From: Eledone cirrhosa
Taxonomy: Eukaryota
Assembly (NCBI GenBank): GCA_964016885.1
Contig: OZ024749.1
Coordinates: forward strand, 25,048,001-25,112,000
Direction: 5' to 3'
DNA length: 64,000 bases
Numbering within the stretch: position 1 is the first letter of the stretch; each line of letters begins with the position of its first letter. Below are positions 1 to 11,121 of this stretch, piece by piece. Made by a program: the position numbers and the translations under genes. The notes under the pieces are model-generated. The model was not told the origin of the DNA. It saw only the letters and a list, made by a program, of their open reading frames with translations, and made no database searches.

Positions 1-50
<50 letters not shown>
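1..50. repeat. (GA)n microsatellite
   Basis: Perfect GA run at the window start. Confidence 0.97.
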
Positions 51-55
<5 letters not shown>

Positions 56-256
56 TCAACAGACCTCGAAAGATTTCACTCGTCTGAAATCAGGATAATC
101 CTGATGATTTCAGATATATACATAATTATAGAGATGGATGGAGAGATACTTGTGCAGCTGCTAGATAGGTTGTAAATAGATACATATATAGTTAGATAGT
201 GAGATAGACATATAAAGAGATTGATACAGAGATATATGGATAGATAGATAGATATA

Positions 257-345
257 TTTCTTTCTTTATTTGCCACAGGGGCATACACAAATAGGACATT
301 ACAAGACGTGACGGCGGGTGTTTTACATAAAAATAACTTTCACAT
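257..345 (-). mobile_element. Extremely 5'-truncated Tx1/L1 copy (3' UTR only)
   Basis: Starts TTTC..TTTATTTGCCACAGGGGCA, matching the 3' termini at 496, 6406 and 7455. GATA runs on both sides. Confidence 0.75.
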
Positions 346-384
346 TAATAGATAGAGAGATAGATAGATAGATAGATACATATA

Positions 385-449
385 TTTCTTTATTAGCCAC
401 AGGACAAATACAAAGGGGGAAGTTTACATACAATAAAAACGTGTAAAAT
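385..449 (-). mobile_element. Extremely 5'-truncated Tx1/L1 copy (3' UTR only)
   Basis: TTTCTTTATTAGCCACAGGACAAATACAAAGGGGGAAGTTTACA matches the 3' end of the longer copies. GATA runs on both sides. Confidence 0.8.
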
Positions 450-485
<36 letters not shown>

Positions 486-703
486 TATAGATAGATTTCT
501 TTATTTACCATAAAGGCATAAAAAAAAGGGACAAATATAAAGGAGGAGTTTACATACAATCGAGTAAAAAGGGTATAAAATGGAAATAATCGAAAATAAC
601 CTCAAAAGGGAGGGGACGTGATGGGGGTTGCACACACCCCCGAAAAAGTGTGCAATCCTTTTCCCGGGGAGCACATGGAGAAGGTGCTCCCCTCTCCTTT
701 ACT

Positions 704-3700
704 TCTTTACCTACAGGATGGTATACAGAGAAGGCCCATTTACACGAGCCATTCTCGCCACTATCACCCACCTTTCATAAAACTGCCTGTGGCCAAGCAC
801 CTCTCTCTCCATTCTTATCCTTCTTCCGAAGTGATATCGGAAGAAGTAGAGCAGACTATGGCCAGAGAGGAAGTTGCCTGACCTCAGACCTTTCAATCGT
901 GTCCACCAAACAACCTCTTTCAGCATGGCTATTACGCACAGAAAAACCGCCTTTGCTTCCTTTGTGAAGAGGGGAGGCGGTTTGATTGTCATCACGGACT
1001 CGGCGCACCCGAGACAGCAGTCGTTCGGCGTAGCCCCACAGATCAGCCACGCCCGGACATTGCACCTATGCGTACGCAACGGTTTCTTCGTGACGCACGC
1101 ATCTAGGGCAAATCTTTTTTGAGGGATCCCTGCCCGGGCGCCCGTGTCTGTAGAGCCTCTCTCGAACGGGTAGAGCCCCCCGGTAGCATTGCCAGGCTAG
1201 TGACTTCTGGAAGTTGTCCATTGGTCCCGGGTCGAAATTCCTACCGAACAGGCTGGCCAGTTCGTCTTCTTCCATGTCCAGCGACTCTCCAAGGGTGTCA
1301 TCGCCCCGGCTAGCTACCAGCCCTCTATAGAATGATGAGGTGGATTCTCCACCGACGGCCTGGCCCGCTTGCCAGAGAGCCTGAGCGTCTGAGTACACTC
1401 AGTGTGCCAGTCTCCCAGTTTTCCGGATCTTTGCTTGACCCAGGACTGCAGCTCGGTGAGCGAGACGAGGCTGGGAAAGGCTCGTTTCACGAACGGAGCC
1501 CACACCGGTTGACCAGTGAGTAATACCTGTAGGTGCCGTAGCCTTAATGCGTGCCTACGCATCATCAACCACGGCATCCCCAGCCCTCCTTTCGAAGGTT
1601 GTTGGCAGCAGATGGATCTTCTCACCATAGGAGGGCGCTTCTTCCAAAGAAATTGGAAGAGCATGCGTTCCATGGTGGTGAGTGTTTCCTTAGGGCAAGG
1701 CACGACAGTCAGGCGGTAGTAAGTGACGGACGCTATGTAAATGTTCGCCACCTCCGCCCGCCCTTTTAGGGACAGCTTACACTTGGCCCATTTCTGGGTT
1801 AGTGCAAAAACCTTGTTCGTAACCTCGTTCCAGTTCTTTTCCACCTGGAGGTCCGGTCCAAACCAGACCCCAAGCAACGTTACCGGGCCCTCCGTCCAGT
1901 GTCCGACGACACCGTCGGGAGGCATCGGTCTGCCTCTCCACGTTCCGAGTTACAGCCCGATGGATTTTTCCCGGTTCAGTTTCGCTCCTGACAACCTTTC
2001 GTAATCATCCAGTAAGGTACCGATCGCCTCTATCTCCGAGTCGGTCGATACCATTACTGTTACGTCATCGGCGTAGGCCGACACCGCTTTGCTCAATCCT
2101 GGTTCCAGGGTGATACTCTGCAACAACTCCAACTTCCTCAGTAAAGGCTCGAGAGTCAATACGTACAGAAGGGAGGAGAGAGGGCACCCCTGTCGAATGG
2201 AACGTGTGATTTCGAACGGCTTCGAAAGGTAGCCGTTCACCTTGATCCTAGAACAGATGTGGTTGCTATGTAAGGCAGTGATCCAGCCTCTGAAAACAGG
2301 ACCGAACCCAGCCGCTAGCATCGCATCCAGGTAACCATGGTCGACCCTATCGAAGGCCTTAGACTGATCCAAGTTGATCAGGGCCCCACCGAAGCCGGGT
2401 TTGTTGCCAACCCTCTCTATGATGTATCGCATGAGGTGGAGGTTATCGTGAATGGACCTGGATGGGATAGCACATGTCTGCGCATCTCCCACCAGGCTAC
2501 CTACGACAGGCGCCAACCTCTTTGCTAACACCTTGGCCAGAATCTTTAACTCTGTGTTTAGCAGGGTTATGGGCCGAAAATTATTTATACTATCCCCCTT
2601 GTTCTCGTCCTTCCTCACCAGCGATACTACGCCCTTGACTACAGAACAAGGAATTCTCCCGTTCTGCTGCCAATTGCAGTAGACCGCTTCGAGGAGTTCG
2701 GAGAAGAAGACCGGCATTGCTAAATAAAGTTCGTAATGTATACCATCGAGACCTGGAGATTTGCGTCTGCTGCATTGGCTCAGCGCATCTCCGATCTCAT
2801 CAGCCGAGATTGGTCCCTCGCAGGACTCTGCCTCTTCGCTCGAGAGACGCGGCAGGCCGTCGAGGTATGGACCGAAATCCACGTCCCCGCCCGGACCCTC
2901 GCCTCCCCAGAATAATCGGGCAAAGTGCCTTTGAAATGCCTCGCACATCTGCTTAGGCTCCCGGATCACTCCTCCATCCTGGTCTTGCAACGACCGGATG
3001 GTGGATCGATTTCCACTATTAGCTTCTTTCACGTGGGCCCAGCCAACGGCTTTGGCCCCCTCATTACCTAGAGCACGTATTTTACTTCGAATGACGCAGC
3101 CTTCGTGCTTTGCATCGAAAAACTGGTTCAAGGCCGTCCTCGATGCCAGCACTCTGGCCACATCTTCGCTCTTGATTGCCTCTTCTAATTTACCTGTTAA
3201 TTCTTTCTCGTTTCTATTCCTATCGGCAACTAACATCTTGCTATAACTTATTGATTCTGTTCTAATCTCTCTTTTGAGAGATGCCCACCATCGGTTGTTG
3301 ACGATTGCACCCGTCAACCTCTCCTTAACTAATCTGCTAATCCGGTTTCTGTAAGTCTCTTTTGCCGGTAAAGACAAATTAAGTTTCCAGTAACCGGGAC
3401 CCTGTTTATGTGTTTTCTCGAGATTGACTACGCAGGTCACTAATTTGTGATCCATATAGCCAACCGTGCGCATTTCTGGACAGCTTAATATGTCCCTATC
3501 CTTACTTCTAACTAAGAATCTATCTAAGTACGATCTAGATTGACCACTGTGGTTTCTCCAAGTCCAGGTAGGCACAGTTGGAAAATCTAGTCGATATCTA
3601 TCGACCAAGTTAAAACGGTCGAGTAACCCCTTGAGGCTGTTACACCCCCTCTATTAGGACATGCTCCTGCATAGTCCCAACGTGCATCTAGGATGCCATT

Positions 3701-4126
3701 CCAATCCCCCGCTAGAAGCAGGGAACGCGACGTTCCCAGAAAAGTCTCCAAAAGCTGGAAGAAGTCGGGCCGTTCAGCTCCGAAAGGGGAGTAGACGGGG
3801 ACCAGTCTCAAGGCCGCACCTTCACTACTGCCAACGTCTAGCACCAACAAACGACCCTCCGGGTCCGAGTGAACAACCTGTACGGCAAGATCTAGGTGTT
3901 TTTGAAGCAGTACGACAACCCCACCCCCACCTCCAGGTTGACAGATAGATTCATGCACCTCAAAGTCATCGAAGGTAGGGGCCAGCTGCCGCCCGACACT
4001 GATCCGAGTCTCACAGATAACCATTACATTTATACCACATGACCTGAGGTCATTTAGAAGCTTTGCTTGCTTCCAAGTTGAGCCCAGGCCACGTGCATTC
4101 AAACATCCTACTCTTAACACATCCAT
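704..4126 (-). pseudogene. Frameshifted ORF2 (AP endonuclease-reverse transcriptase) of element 1
   Basis: Consecutive ORF pieces 3587-4126 (LNARG, CET, GDWN), 1950-3608 (YLDRF, DH, PGLDG, FRPITLLN, KAFDRV, RQGCPLS, AYADD), 1314-1925, 1066-1398 (CPRC) and 711-1079 are collinear with the intact ORF2 at 7685-11116. Confidence 0.93.
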
Positions 4127-4159
4127 GTGGGCGGCAGAGCCAAAGGAGAGTGTAGAGAC

Positions 4160-5936
4160 CTACCTTTCTGCTTCCTGGGGTTCGGGTCGCACGATCCATG
4201 GGGTCGGGGTGTTGGGTGAAGGGGTGTCTTGTGGTGCTGTGGGGTCGTCAGTGTGTGGTGGGGTTGGGGTGTTTGGAGTTGTGTTGGGGAGGGGAAGGGG
4301 AGGGGGAAAGCTTTTTAGTAGGACGCGGTTTATGGGTTTGACGGAGGGTGGTCCTACGTCCTCCTTAAAATCCTTTTTTAGTTTTTGGTAGAGGTTCATT
4401 GGGATCTTTATTAATTTTAAATGTGGGTTGTTTTCTGAAGAAACAAAGTTTACACCTTCGGTTTGTACCGAAGGATTATTGTTTATGAGTTCATTTAATT
4501 TATTATTGTTTCTGTTGATGTAAGTATAGTGTAATGTCTTTTTTTCGGATGGTGTGAGTGTTTCGAAGAGGGGAGGGCCAGGTTTGGTTTTGTTTGTTGC
4601 TGGAGGGGTTTTTTGTGTTTTGTTGGATTGTGTTGACATTTGGGTGGGGGTTGTTTGGCCTTGTGTGTTTTGCACATGTTTTCTTTTTTTCCTTTTAATC
4701 TGTGTGAAGGACTCCGTTTCTTCCTCCGAATTCGTTGGGTTATCTTCAATGTTGGAGGGAAGAGGTATGTTTGCTGGTAATGTTTCCGTGTTGGTTTTCT
4801 TTGTGGGGGAGATGGATGTCACTATGTTAGACTGTGTTGTGTGTTGTGGCTGCGGTGGTTGTGTTGTTTTATTGAGTGAGGGGTTGGGTGGGCCTGTATT
4901 TTGTTTTGGGTAATGTGTTGTGACTGTTTGTGTTGTGGTGTTGGTGTAGTTTTACTGAGGGACGGGTTGGGTGGGACTGAGTTGTGTTGTTTGTTTATCT
5001 GTTGTGGTGGTGGTGGTGGAGCTGGTGTTGGTAGCAGGGTTTTCTTGTTGTTGAGTTGGGGACAAGCCGCCTTCAGGTGCTTTCTGCCTGCACAGATATG
5101 ACAGGACGGTCTTCTCCCCTCCACGCTAATGTTTATATACCCGTGACCCTCTAATAGGATTCTGTCGGGTATTTGGGCGATGCGTTCAGGCTTCATTTGC
5201 ACTACAAGCTCTATACCTGTTCCACTGAACGCATTGCCTGTGGTTTTCCCAATGGAAATCACGTTGTCATTCGCTGGATCGATGAAGCCAGCTATGAGCC
5301 AGCAGTAGCCCACATCTGGCATCATTGCATCCAGCCATATGCGTTGAGTACTTTTACCCATATAAGATGGATAAAAGGTAAAATTTTTCGAACGAATCGG
5401 TGACAAATCACATTTTTTTGCCGCCGATTCGTTCTTCATAATAATCGCTAGGTTTCCATACAGTCTGTCTTTTCTTATGAAAGTGGTTTCATTAAGTACT
5501 TCTGTGAGTACTGTTTTGATTTCTGTTTGAGTTGGCTGTTCAGGTTTTTAGAAGTGTTGTTGATGGTGCGGAAAACGACCGTTCGACTTTCAATGTCTTT
5601 GGTGAGTTCTTGAGGCATTTTTACCGATAAAATACCATTCTCTCTTTCAGTTATATATTGTTTGGCGTCTGCAATTCTTTGTGCCACATCTGAAATATTT
5701 TCAGGTATATATGTCAAAGATTTCTTTGTTGTTTGTGCAAATGAAATCTTATTGGTATTGACTTTGTCGTCTGCTTTGCTTTCTGTTATGATGTTGTTTT
5801 CAAATGTTATTTTTGTGTTTGTTGTGTCTTTGTTTGTGGTATTAATATTGTAATGCAATTTTTCAAATTTTTTTTTTTTCGTTGTTGGAATCCATGTCCA
5901 GATTTGTGTTTTCGTCATTTTTCTCCGCAGATTCAT
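4160..5936 (-). pseudogene. Frameshifted ORF1 (gag-like, CCHC zinc knuckle, Pro/Thr-rich linker) of element 1
   Basis: Pieces 5475-5936, 4822-5439 (CHICAGRKHLKAAC) and 4160-4822. Shares motifs FYPSYMG, ERIAQIPDRI, VEGRRP and KPxNRVLLK with ORF1 of element 2. Confidence 0.85.
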
Positions 5937-6297
5937 CTGTTTTTATTTTATTTTTTCTTTCCTTCTCTATGACGTTAGTTGGGAAGGAAGGGGGGGGGGA
6001 CTAAAGCGTGCGAGCTTACAACTCTTACCGCTGTCCCCCCACCACTATTTTCGTTAGATTCGTTTAACATTTCTGTCAGACCATTGACATTTTTTTATGC
6101 CACAAATTTTTAAAAACAGGTTTTTCACCCCTAGGAGGGATAAAGATGAGCTGACCCACCGCCTGACAGTTCAGACGAGGGGTCAATCTACACAATAGTA
6201 TCAAAATTAAAATTGAACTTACAAAATTTCCGCAATAAATTTGAACAAAACTTCTGCGCGAAGTGAATTACATCTACGCTGTAGAACAGACGACAGC

Positions 6298-6303
6298 TAG
6301 ATT

Positions 6304-6363
<60 letters not shown>

Positions 6364-6372
6364 GATAGATAT

Positions 6373-6403
<31 letters not shown>
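6298..6403. repeat. (GATA)n microsatellite between Tx1 copies
   Basis: Direct inspection. Confidence 0.97.
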
Positions 6404-6405
6404 TG

Positions 6406-7439
6406 TTTCTTTTATTTGCCACTAGGGCATCAAAAGTGGGACAAGTACAAAGGGGGGAGTTTACACAAAAAGGCGTCCTCAATAAGGAGGAGGCAATAAC
6501 AAAATATAAAAATAAAATAAGATATAACAAAAAATAAAATGTTTAACAAAATCCTCAATAGAGAGGAGGCGCCTTGGGGGGTCGCACACACCCCCGAAAA
6601 AAGTGTGCAACCCTTCTCCCCAGGAGCACAGAGAAGGGGTGCTCCCTTGGTCTTTCATCTTCCTCACCTATAGTCTGATGTAGAGTGAAGGCCCATTCAC
6701 ACGGGCCATTCTCGCCACTTTCACCCATCTTTCATAGAAACGGCTGGGGTGCAGCACCTCTCTCTCCATCCTGATCCTTCTTCCGAAATGATATCGGAAG
6801 AAACGGACCAGTTGTTGGCCAGAGAGAAAGGTGCCTGACCTCAGTCCTTTCAGACGCGTCCACCATACAACCTCTTTCGCCATGGCTATTACGCACAGAA
6901 ACACAGCCTCTGCTTCATCTTTGAAGGGGGGAGGCGGCTTGATCATTACAATAGACTCGGTGGTCAACCGGATCGGTCCCACCCTTGACAGCAGTTGTTC
7001 GACATAGCCCCACATCGGCTACGCCCGAGCAGTGTACCAATGCGTGTGCAACGGTTTCCTCGTCGCACACGCATCTGGGACAGATCTTTTTGGCGGGGTC
7101 CCTACCCGGGCGCCCGTGTCTGTAGAGCCTTTCTCGAACGGGTAAAGCCCCTCGGTAGCACTGTCCATAGGTCCCGGGCTGAATGTCCTACCGAACAGGC
7201 TGGCCAGTTCGTCCTCCTCCATGTCTAGGGCTTCTCCGAGGGCGTCGTCGCACCTGCTGCGTACCAGCCCTCTATAGAATGTTGCGGTGGAGTCTCCACT
7301 GATAACCGGATCCGCCTGCCAGAGGGCGGTGAGCGCCTGGGCACACTCAGTGTGCCAGGCGCCCAGTTTTGTCGGTCTTTGCTTGACCCAGGATTGCAGC
7401 TCGGTGAGTGAGACGAGTCTGGGAAAGGTTCGTTTCACA
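6406..7439 (-). mobile_element. 5'-truncated Tx1/L1 copy (~1 kb: ORF2 C-terminus plus 3' UTR)
   Basis: ORFs 6668-7015 and 7019-7495 match the ORF2 C-terminus (KEVVWWTRLKGLRSG, ARVNGPSLY), with small internal deletions. Its 5' end abuts GATAGATAGATA at 7441. Confidence 0.92.
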
Positions 7440-7684
7440 AGATAGATAGATAAATTTCTATTTATTTGCCACGAGGGCACAAAAGAAGGGGACATTTACA
7501 CAGTGGGGGAGTTTACATAAATCGAGTAAAGAAAAAAGGAATAACAATAATAATATAACAATAAAAAGTCCTCAAAAGGGAGGGGGCGTGTTGGGGATTG
7601 CACATACCCCCGAAAAGTGTGCAACTCTTTTCGCGGGGGAAGCCCAGAGAGGAGGCGCTCCCCCTTTCCTCTTCACTTCTTCAC

Positions 7685-10600
7685 CTACAGAACAATGTAG
7701 AGAGAAGGCCCATTTACACGGGCCATTCTCGCTTCTTTCACCCACCTTTCATAAAACTGTCTGGGACCAAGCACTTCTCTCTCCATCCTGATTCTTCTTC
7801 CGAAGTGGTATCGGAAGAAGTAAACCAGGTGATGGCCGGAGAGAAAGTCACCCGACCTCAGACCTTTGAGGCGCGTCCACCACACAACCTCTTTCATCAT
7901 GGCTATTACGCACAGAAAGACCGCCTCTGCTTCATTTCTGAAGGGAGGAGGCGGCTTGATGTTCACCGCAGACTCGGCGGTTAATCGAATCGGCGCCACA
8001 CGCGACAGCAGTCGTTCGACGTAGCCCCACAGATCGGCAACGCCCGGGCAGTGTACCAGTGCATGCGCAACGGTTTCCTCGTCGCGCACGCATCTGGGAC
8101 AGATCTTTTTCGCGGGATCCCTGCCCGGGCGCCCGTGTCTGTAGAGCTTTTCTCGAACGGGCAGAGCCCCCCGGTAACACTGCCAGGCTAGGGACCTCTG
8201 GAAGTTGTCCATGGGTCCCGGGCCGAAAGTTCTACCGAACAGGCTGGCCAGTTCGTCCTCCTCCATGCCTAGCGACTCTCCAAGGGTGTCGTCGCCCCTG
8301 CTAGCCACCAACCCTCTATAGAATGTCGAGGTGGATTCTCCACTGACAGTCGGGTCCGCTTGCCAGATAGCCGTGAGCGCCTGGGCACACTCAGTGTGCC
8401 AGTTGCCCAGTTTTCTCGGTCTTTGCTTCACCCAGGATTGCAGTTCGGTGAGCGAGACGAGCTGTGGGAAGGCTCGCCTCACAAACGGGGCCCACACCGG
8501 CTGACCGTTGAGGAATACCTGTAGATGCCGTAGCCTCAATGCGTGCCTACGCATCAACAGCCACGGCATACCCAGCCCTCCTTTCGAAGGGTGCTGGCAG
8601 CAGATGGATCTCCTCACCATGGGAGGCCGCTTCTTCCAGAGGAACTGGAAGAGCATGCGTTCCATGATGGTGAGCTTTTCCTTGGGGCAAGGCACGACGG
8701 TCAGGCGGTAGTAGATGACGGACGCTATGTAAGCGTTCGTCACCTCCGCCCGACCTTTCAGTGATAGTTTGCACTTGGCCCACTTCTGGGTCAGCGCAAA
8801 CACCCTGCTCGTCACCTCGCCCCAATTCTTCTCCACCTGGAGGTCCGGTCCGAACCAGACCCCGAGCAGCTTCACCGGGCCCTCCGTCCACCGCCCGACG
8901 ACACCGTCTAACGGCATCGGTTTGCCCCTCCACGTTCCGAGTTGCAAACCGACTGACTTGTCCTGGTTCAGCTTAGCCCCCGTCAGCCTTTCGTATTCCT
9001 CCAGTAGGGTGGCGATCGCCCCGATTTCCGAGGCGTCCGCCACCATTACTGTTACGTCGTCGGCATAGGCCGAGACCGCTTTGTGCAATCCCGGTTCCAG
9101 GGGTATGCCCCGCAGCAACTCCAACTTCCGCAGCAGTGGCTCGAGAGTCAATACGTACAGAAGGGAGGAGAGGGGGCACCCCTGTCTGATGGATCGGGTG
9201 ATTTGAAACGGCTCCGAGAGGTAGCCGTTTACTTTAATCCTAGAGTAGATGTTGCCACTGTGCATGGCAGAAATCCAGCCCCTGAAAACGGGTCCGAAGC
9301 CCGCCGCCGCTAGCACCGCATCCAGGTAACCATGGTCGACCCTATCGAACGCCTTAGATTGATCCAAGTTGATCAGGGCCCCACCAAAGCCGGGTTCGTA
9401 GCCAACCCTCTCTATGATGTATCGCATGAGGTGGAGGTTGTCGTGAATGGACCTGGACGGGATAGCGCATGTCTGCGCGTCTCCCACCAAACCACCCACC
9501 ACAAGCGCCAACCTCTTCGCCAACACCTTGGCCAAAATCTGTAACTCTGCATTCAGCAGAGTTATGGGCCTAAAGTTACTTAAGTCGTCCCCCTTGCTCT
9601 CGTCCTTCCTCACTAGCGTGACCACGCCCTTGGTCACAGAACAGGGAATTCTCCCGTTCTGTTGCCAGTTGCAATAGACAGCCTCGAGGAGTTCGGAGAA
9701 CAAGACCGGCATAGCTAAATAAAGTTCGTATGGTAGACCATCGAGACCCGGGGATTTGCGTCTGCTGCATTGGCTGAGCGCTTCCCCGATTTCAGTGGCT
9801 GTGATTGGCCCTTCGCAGCACTCCGCTTCGCCGCTCGAAAGACGCGGTAGACCGTCGAGGTATGGACCGAAGTCCACATCCCCGTCCGGCCCCCCGCCAC
9901 CTCCGAACAGTCGAGCAAAGTGCCTTTGAAAGGTCTCGCACATTCGCTCAGGTTCAAGGATCACCCGTCCATCCTGGTCTCGCAAAGACCGAATGGTGGA
10001 TTTAATCCCACTCTTGGCTTCTGTCACGCGGGCCCAGCTAACAGCTTTGGTCCCCTCGTTTCCTAAAACACGTATTTTACTTCGGACAACGCAGCCTTCG
10101 TGCTTCGCGTCAAAGAACTGGCTCAATGCCGTTCTCGTCGCTAACACTCTGGCTACGTCTCCGCTCCTAATCGCCTCTTCTAGTTTATCTGTTAACTCCC
10201 TTTCCCTCCTATTTCTATTCGCCGCTAGTTCCTTACTGTAACCTATCGAACTTACTCTAATCTCTCTCTTTAGAGATATCCACCACCTACTGTTGACGAT
10301 CGCTCCCGTCAACCGCATCTTAACTAAGCTACTAATCCGGTTTCTGTAATCTTTCTTTGTCGGTAAGGACAAGTTCATCTTCCAGTAACCGGGACCCTGT
10401 CTATGCGTTCTATCAAGGTTGACCACGCAGGTCACTAATTTGTGATCTGAATAGCCAACCATGATCAGTTCTGGACAACTAAATACGTCCCTATCCTTAC
10501 TCCTAACCAAAAACCTATCTAGGTACGATCTAGATTGTCCACTGCGGTTTGCCCAGGTCCAGGTTGGCGCAGTTGGACAATCTAGTCGAAATCTATCGAC

Positions 10601-11116
10601 CAGGTCGAATCGATCGAGTAACCCCTTGAGGCTGCTACACCCCCCTCTATCGGGACATGCCCCTGCATAGTCCCAACGCGCATCTAGGATTCCATTCCAG
10701 TCCCCCACTAAAAGCAGGGAACGCGACGTTCCTAGAAAAGTCTCCAGACGTTGGAAGAAGTCGGCTCTCTCCGCCCCGAAGGGAGCATAAAGACCGACCA
10801 GTCTGAAAGCCCCGCCTTCACCACCTCCGACGTCCAGCACCAGTAATCGACCCCCCGGGTCCGAGTGAACAATCTGTACGTCGAGAGTCAGACGTTTATC
10901 CAGCAGTACGGCAACTCCCCCCCCCCCGCCTCCGGGTTGACAGAGAGATGCGTGCATCTCAAAGTCATCGAAGGCGGGCGCCAGCTGTCTCACGCTGCTG
11001 ATCCGACTCTCGCAAACAACCATCACATCTATACTTTGTGACCTGAGGTCACTTAGAAGCTTTGCTTGCTTCCAAGCTGAGCTCAGGCCACGCGCGTTCA
11101 AACAGCCAACTCTCAA
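7685..11116 (-). CDS. ORF2 polyprotein: AP endonuclease, reverse transcriptase, C-terminal CCHC finger (1143 aa)
   Basis: APE motifs LNARG, GDWN, YLDRF, SDH. RT motifs SPGLDG, FRPITLLN, DQSKAFDRV, RQGCPLS, AYADD, KLLGV. CPRC-x8-H-x4-C near the C-terminus. The GPGYWK linker and GGLG motif are typical of L1/Tx1. No in-frame ATG at the start. Confidence 0.96.
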   Translation of the reverse strand: MRVGCLNARGLSSAWKQAKLLSDLRSQSIDVMVVCESRISSVRQLAPAFDDFEMHASLCQPGGGGGGVAVLLDKRLTLDVQIVHSDPGGRLLVLDVGGGEGGAFRLVGLYAPFGAERADFFQRLETFLGTSRSLLLVGDWNGILDARWDYAGACPDRGGCSSLKGLLDRFDLVDRFRLDCPTAPTWTWANRSGQSRSYLDRFLVRSKDRDVFSCPELIMVGYSDHKLVTCVVNLDRTHRQGPGYWKMNLSLPTKKDYRNRISSLVKMRLTGAIVNSRWWISLKREIRVSSIGYSKELAANRNRRERELTDKLEEAIRSGDVARVLATRTALSQFFDAKHEGCVVRSKIRVLGNEGTKAVSWARVTEAKSGIKSTIRSLRDQDGRVILEPERMCETFQRHFARLFGGGGGPDGDVDFGPYLDGLPRLSSGEAECCEGPITATEIGEALSQCSRRKSPGLDGLPYELYLAMPVLFSELLEAVYCNWQQNGRIPCSVTKGVVTLVRKDESKGDDLSNFRPITLLNAELQILAKVLAKRLALVVGGLVGDAQTCAIPSRSIHDNLHLMRYIIERVGYEPGFGGALINLDQSKAFDRVDHGYLDAVLAAAGFGPVFRGWISAMHSGNIYSRIKVNGYLSEPFQITRSIRQGCPLSSLLYVLTLEPLLRKLELLRGIPLEPGLHKAVSAYADDVTVMVADASEIGAIATLLEEYERLTGAKLNQDKSVGLQLGTWRGKPMPLDGVVGRWTEGPVKLLGVWFGPDLQVEKNWGEVTSRVFALTQKWAKCKLSLKGRAEVTNAYIASVIYYRLTVVPCPKEKLTIMERMLFQFLWKKRPPMVRRSICCQHPSKGGLGMPWLLMRRHALRLRHLQVFLNGQPVWAPFVRRAFPQLVSLTELQSWVKQRPRKLGNWHTECAQALTAIWQADPTVSGESTSTFYRGLVASRGDDTLGESLGMEEDELASLFGRTFGPGPMDNFQRSLAWQCYRGALPVREKLYRHGRPGRDPAKKICPRCVRDEETVAHALVHCPGVADLWGYVERLLSRVAPIRLTAESAVNIKPPPPFRNEAEAVFLCVIAMMKEVVWWTRLKGLRSGDFLSGHHLVYFFRYHFGRRIRMEREVLGPRQFYERWVKEARMARVNGPSLYIVL

Positions 11117-11121
11117 TTGAT

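Larger units (their letters stand above)
496..6297 (-). mobile_element. Full-length, degraded L1/Tx1-clade non-LTR retrotransposon (element 1)
   Basis: ORF1 with zinc knuckle, then ORF2 with APE, RT and C-terminal CCHC. AATAAA at the 3' end. (GATA)n at 450-495 and 6298-6403. Confidence 0.93.
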
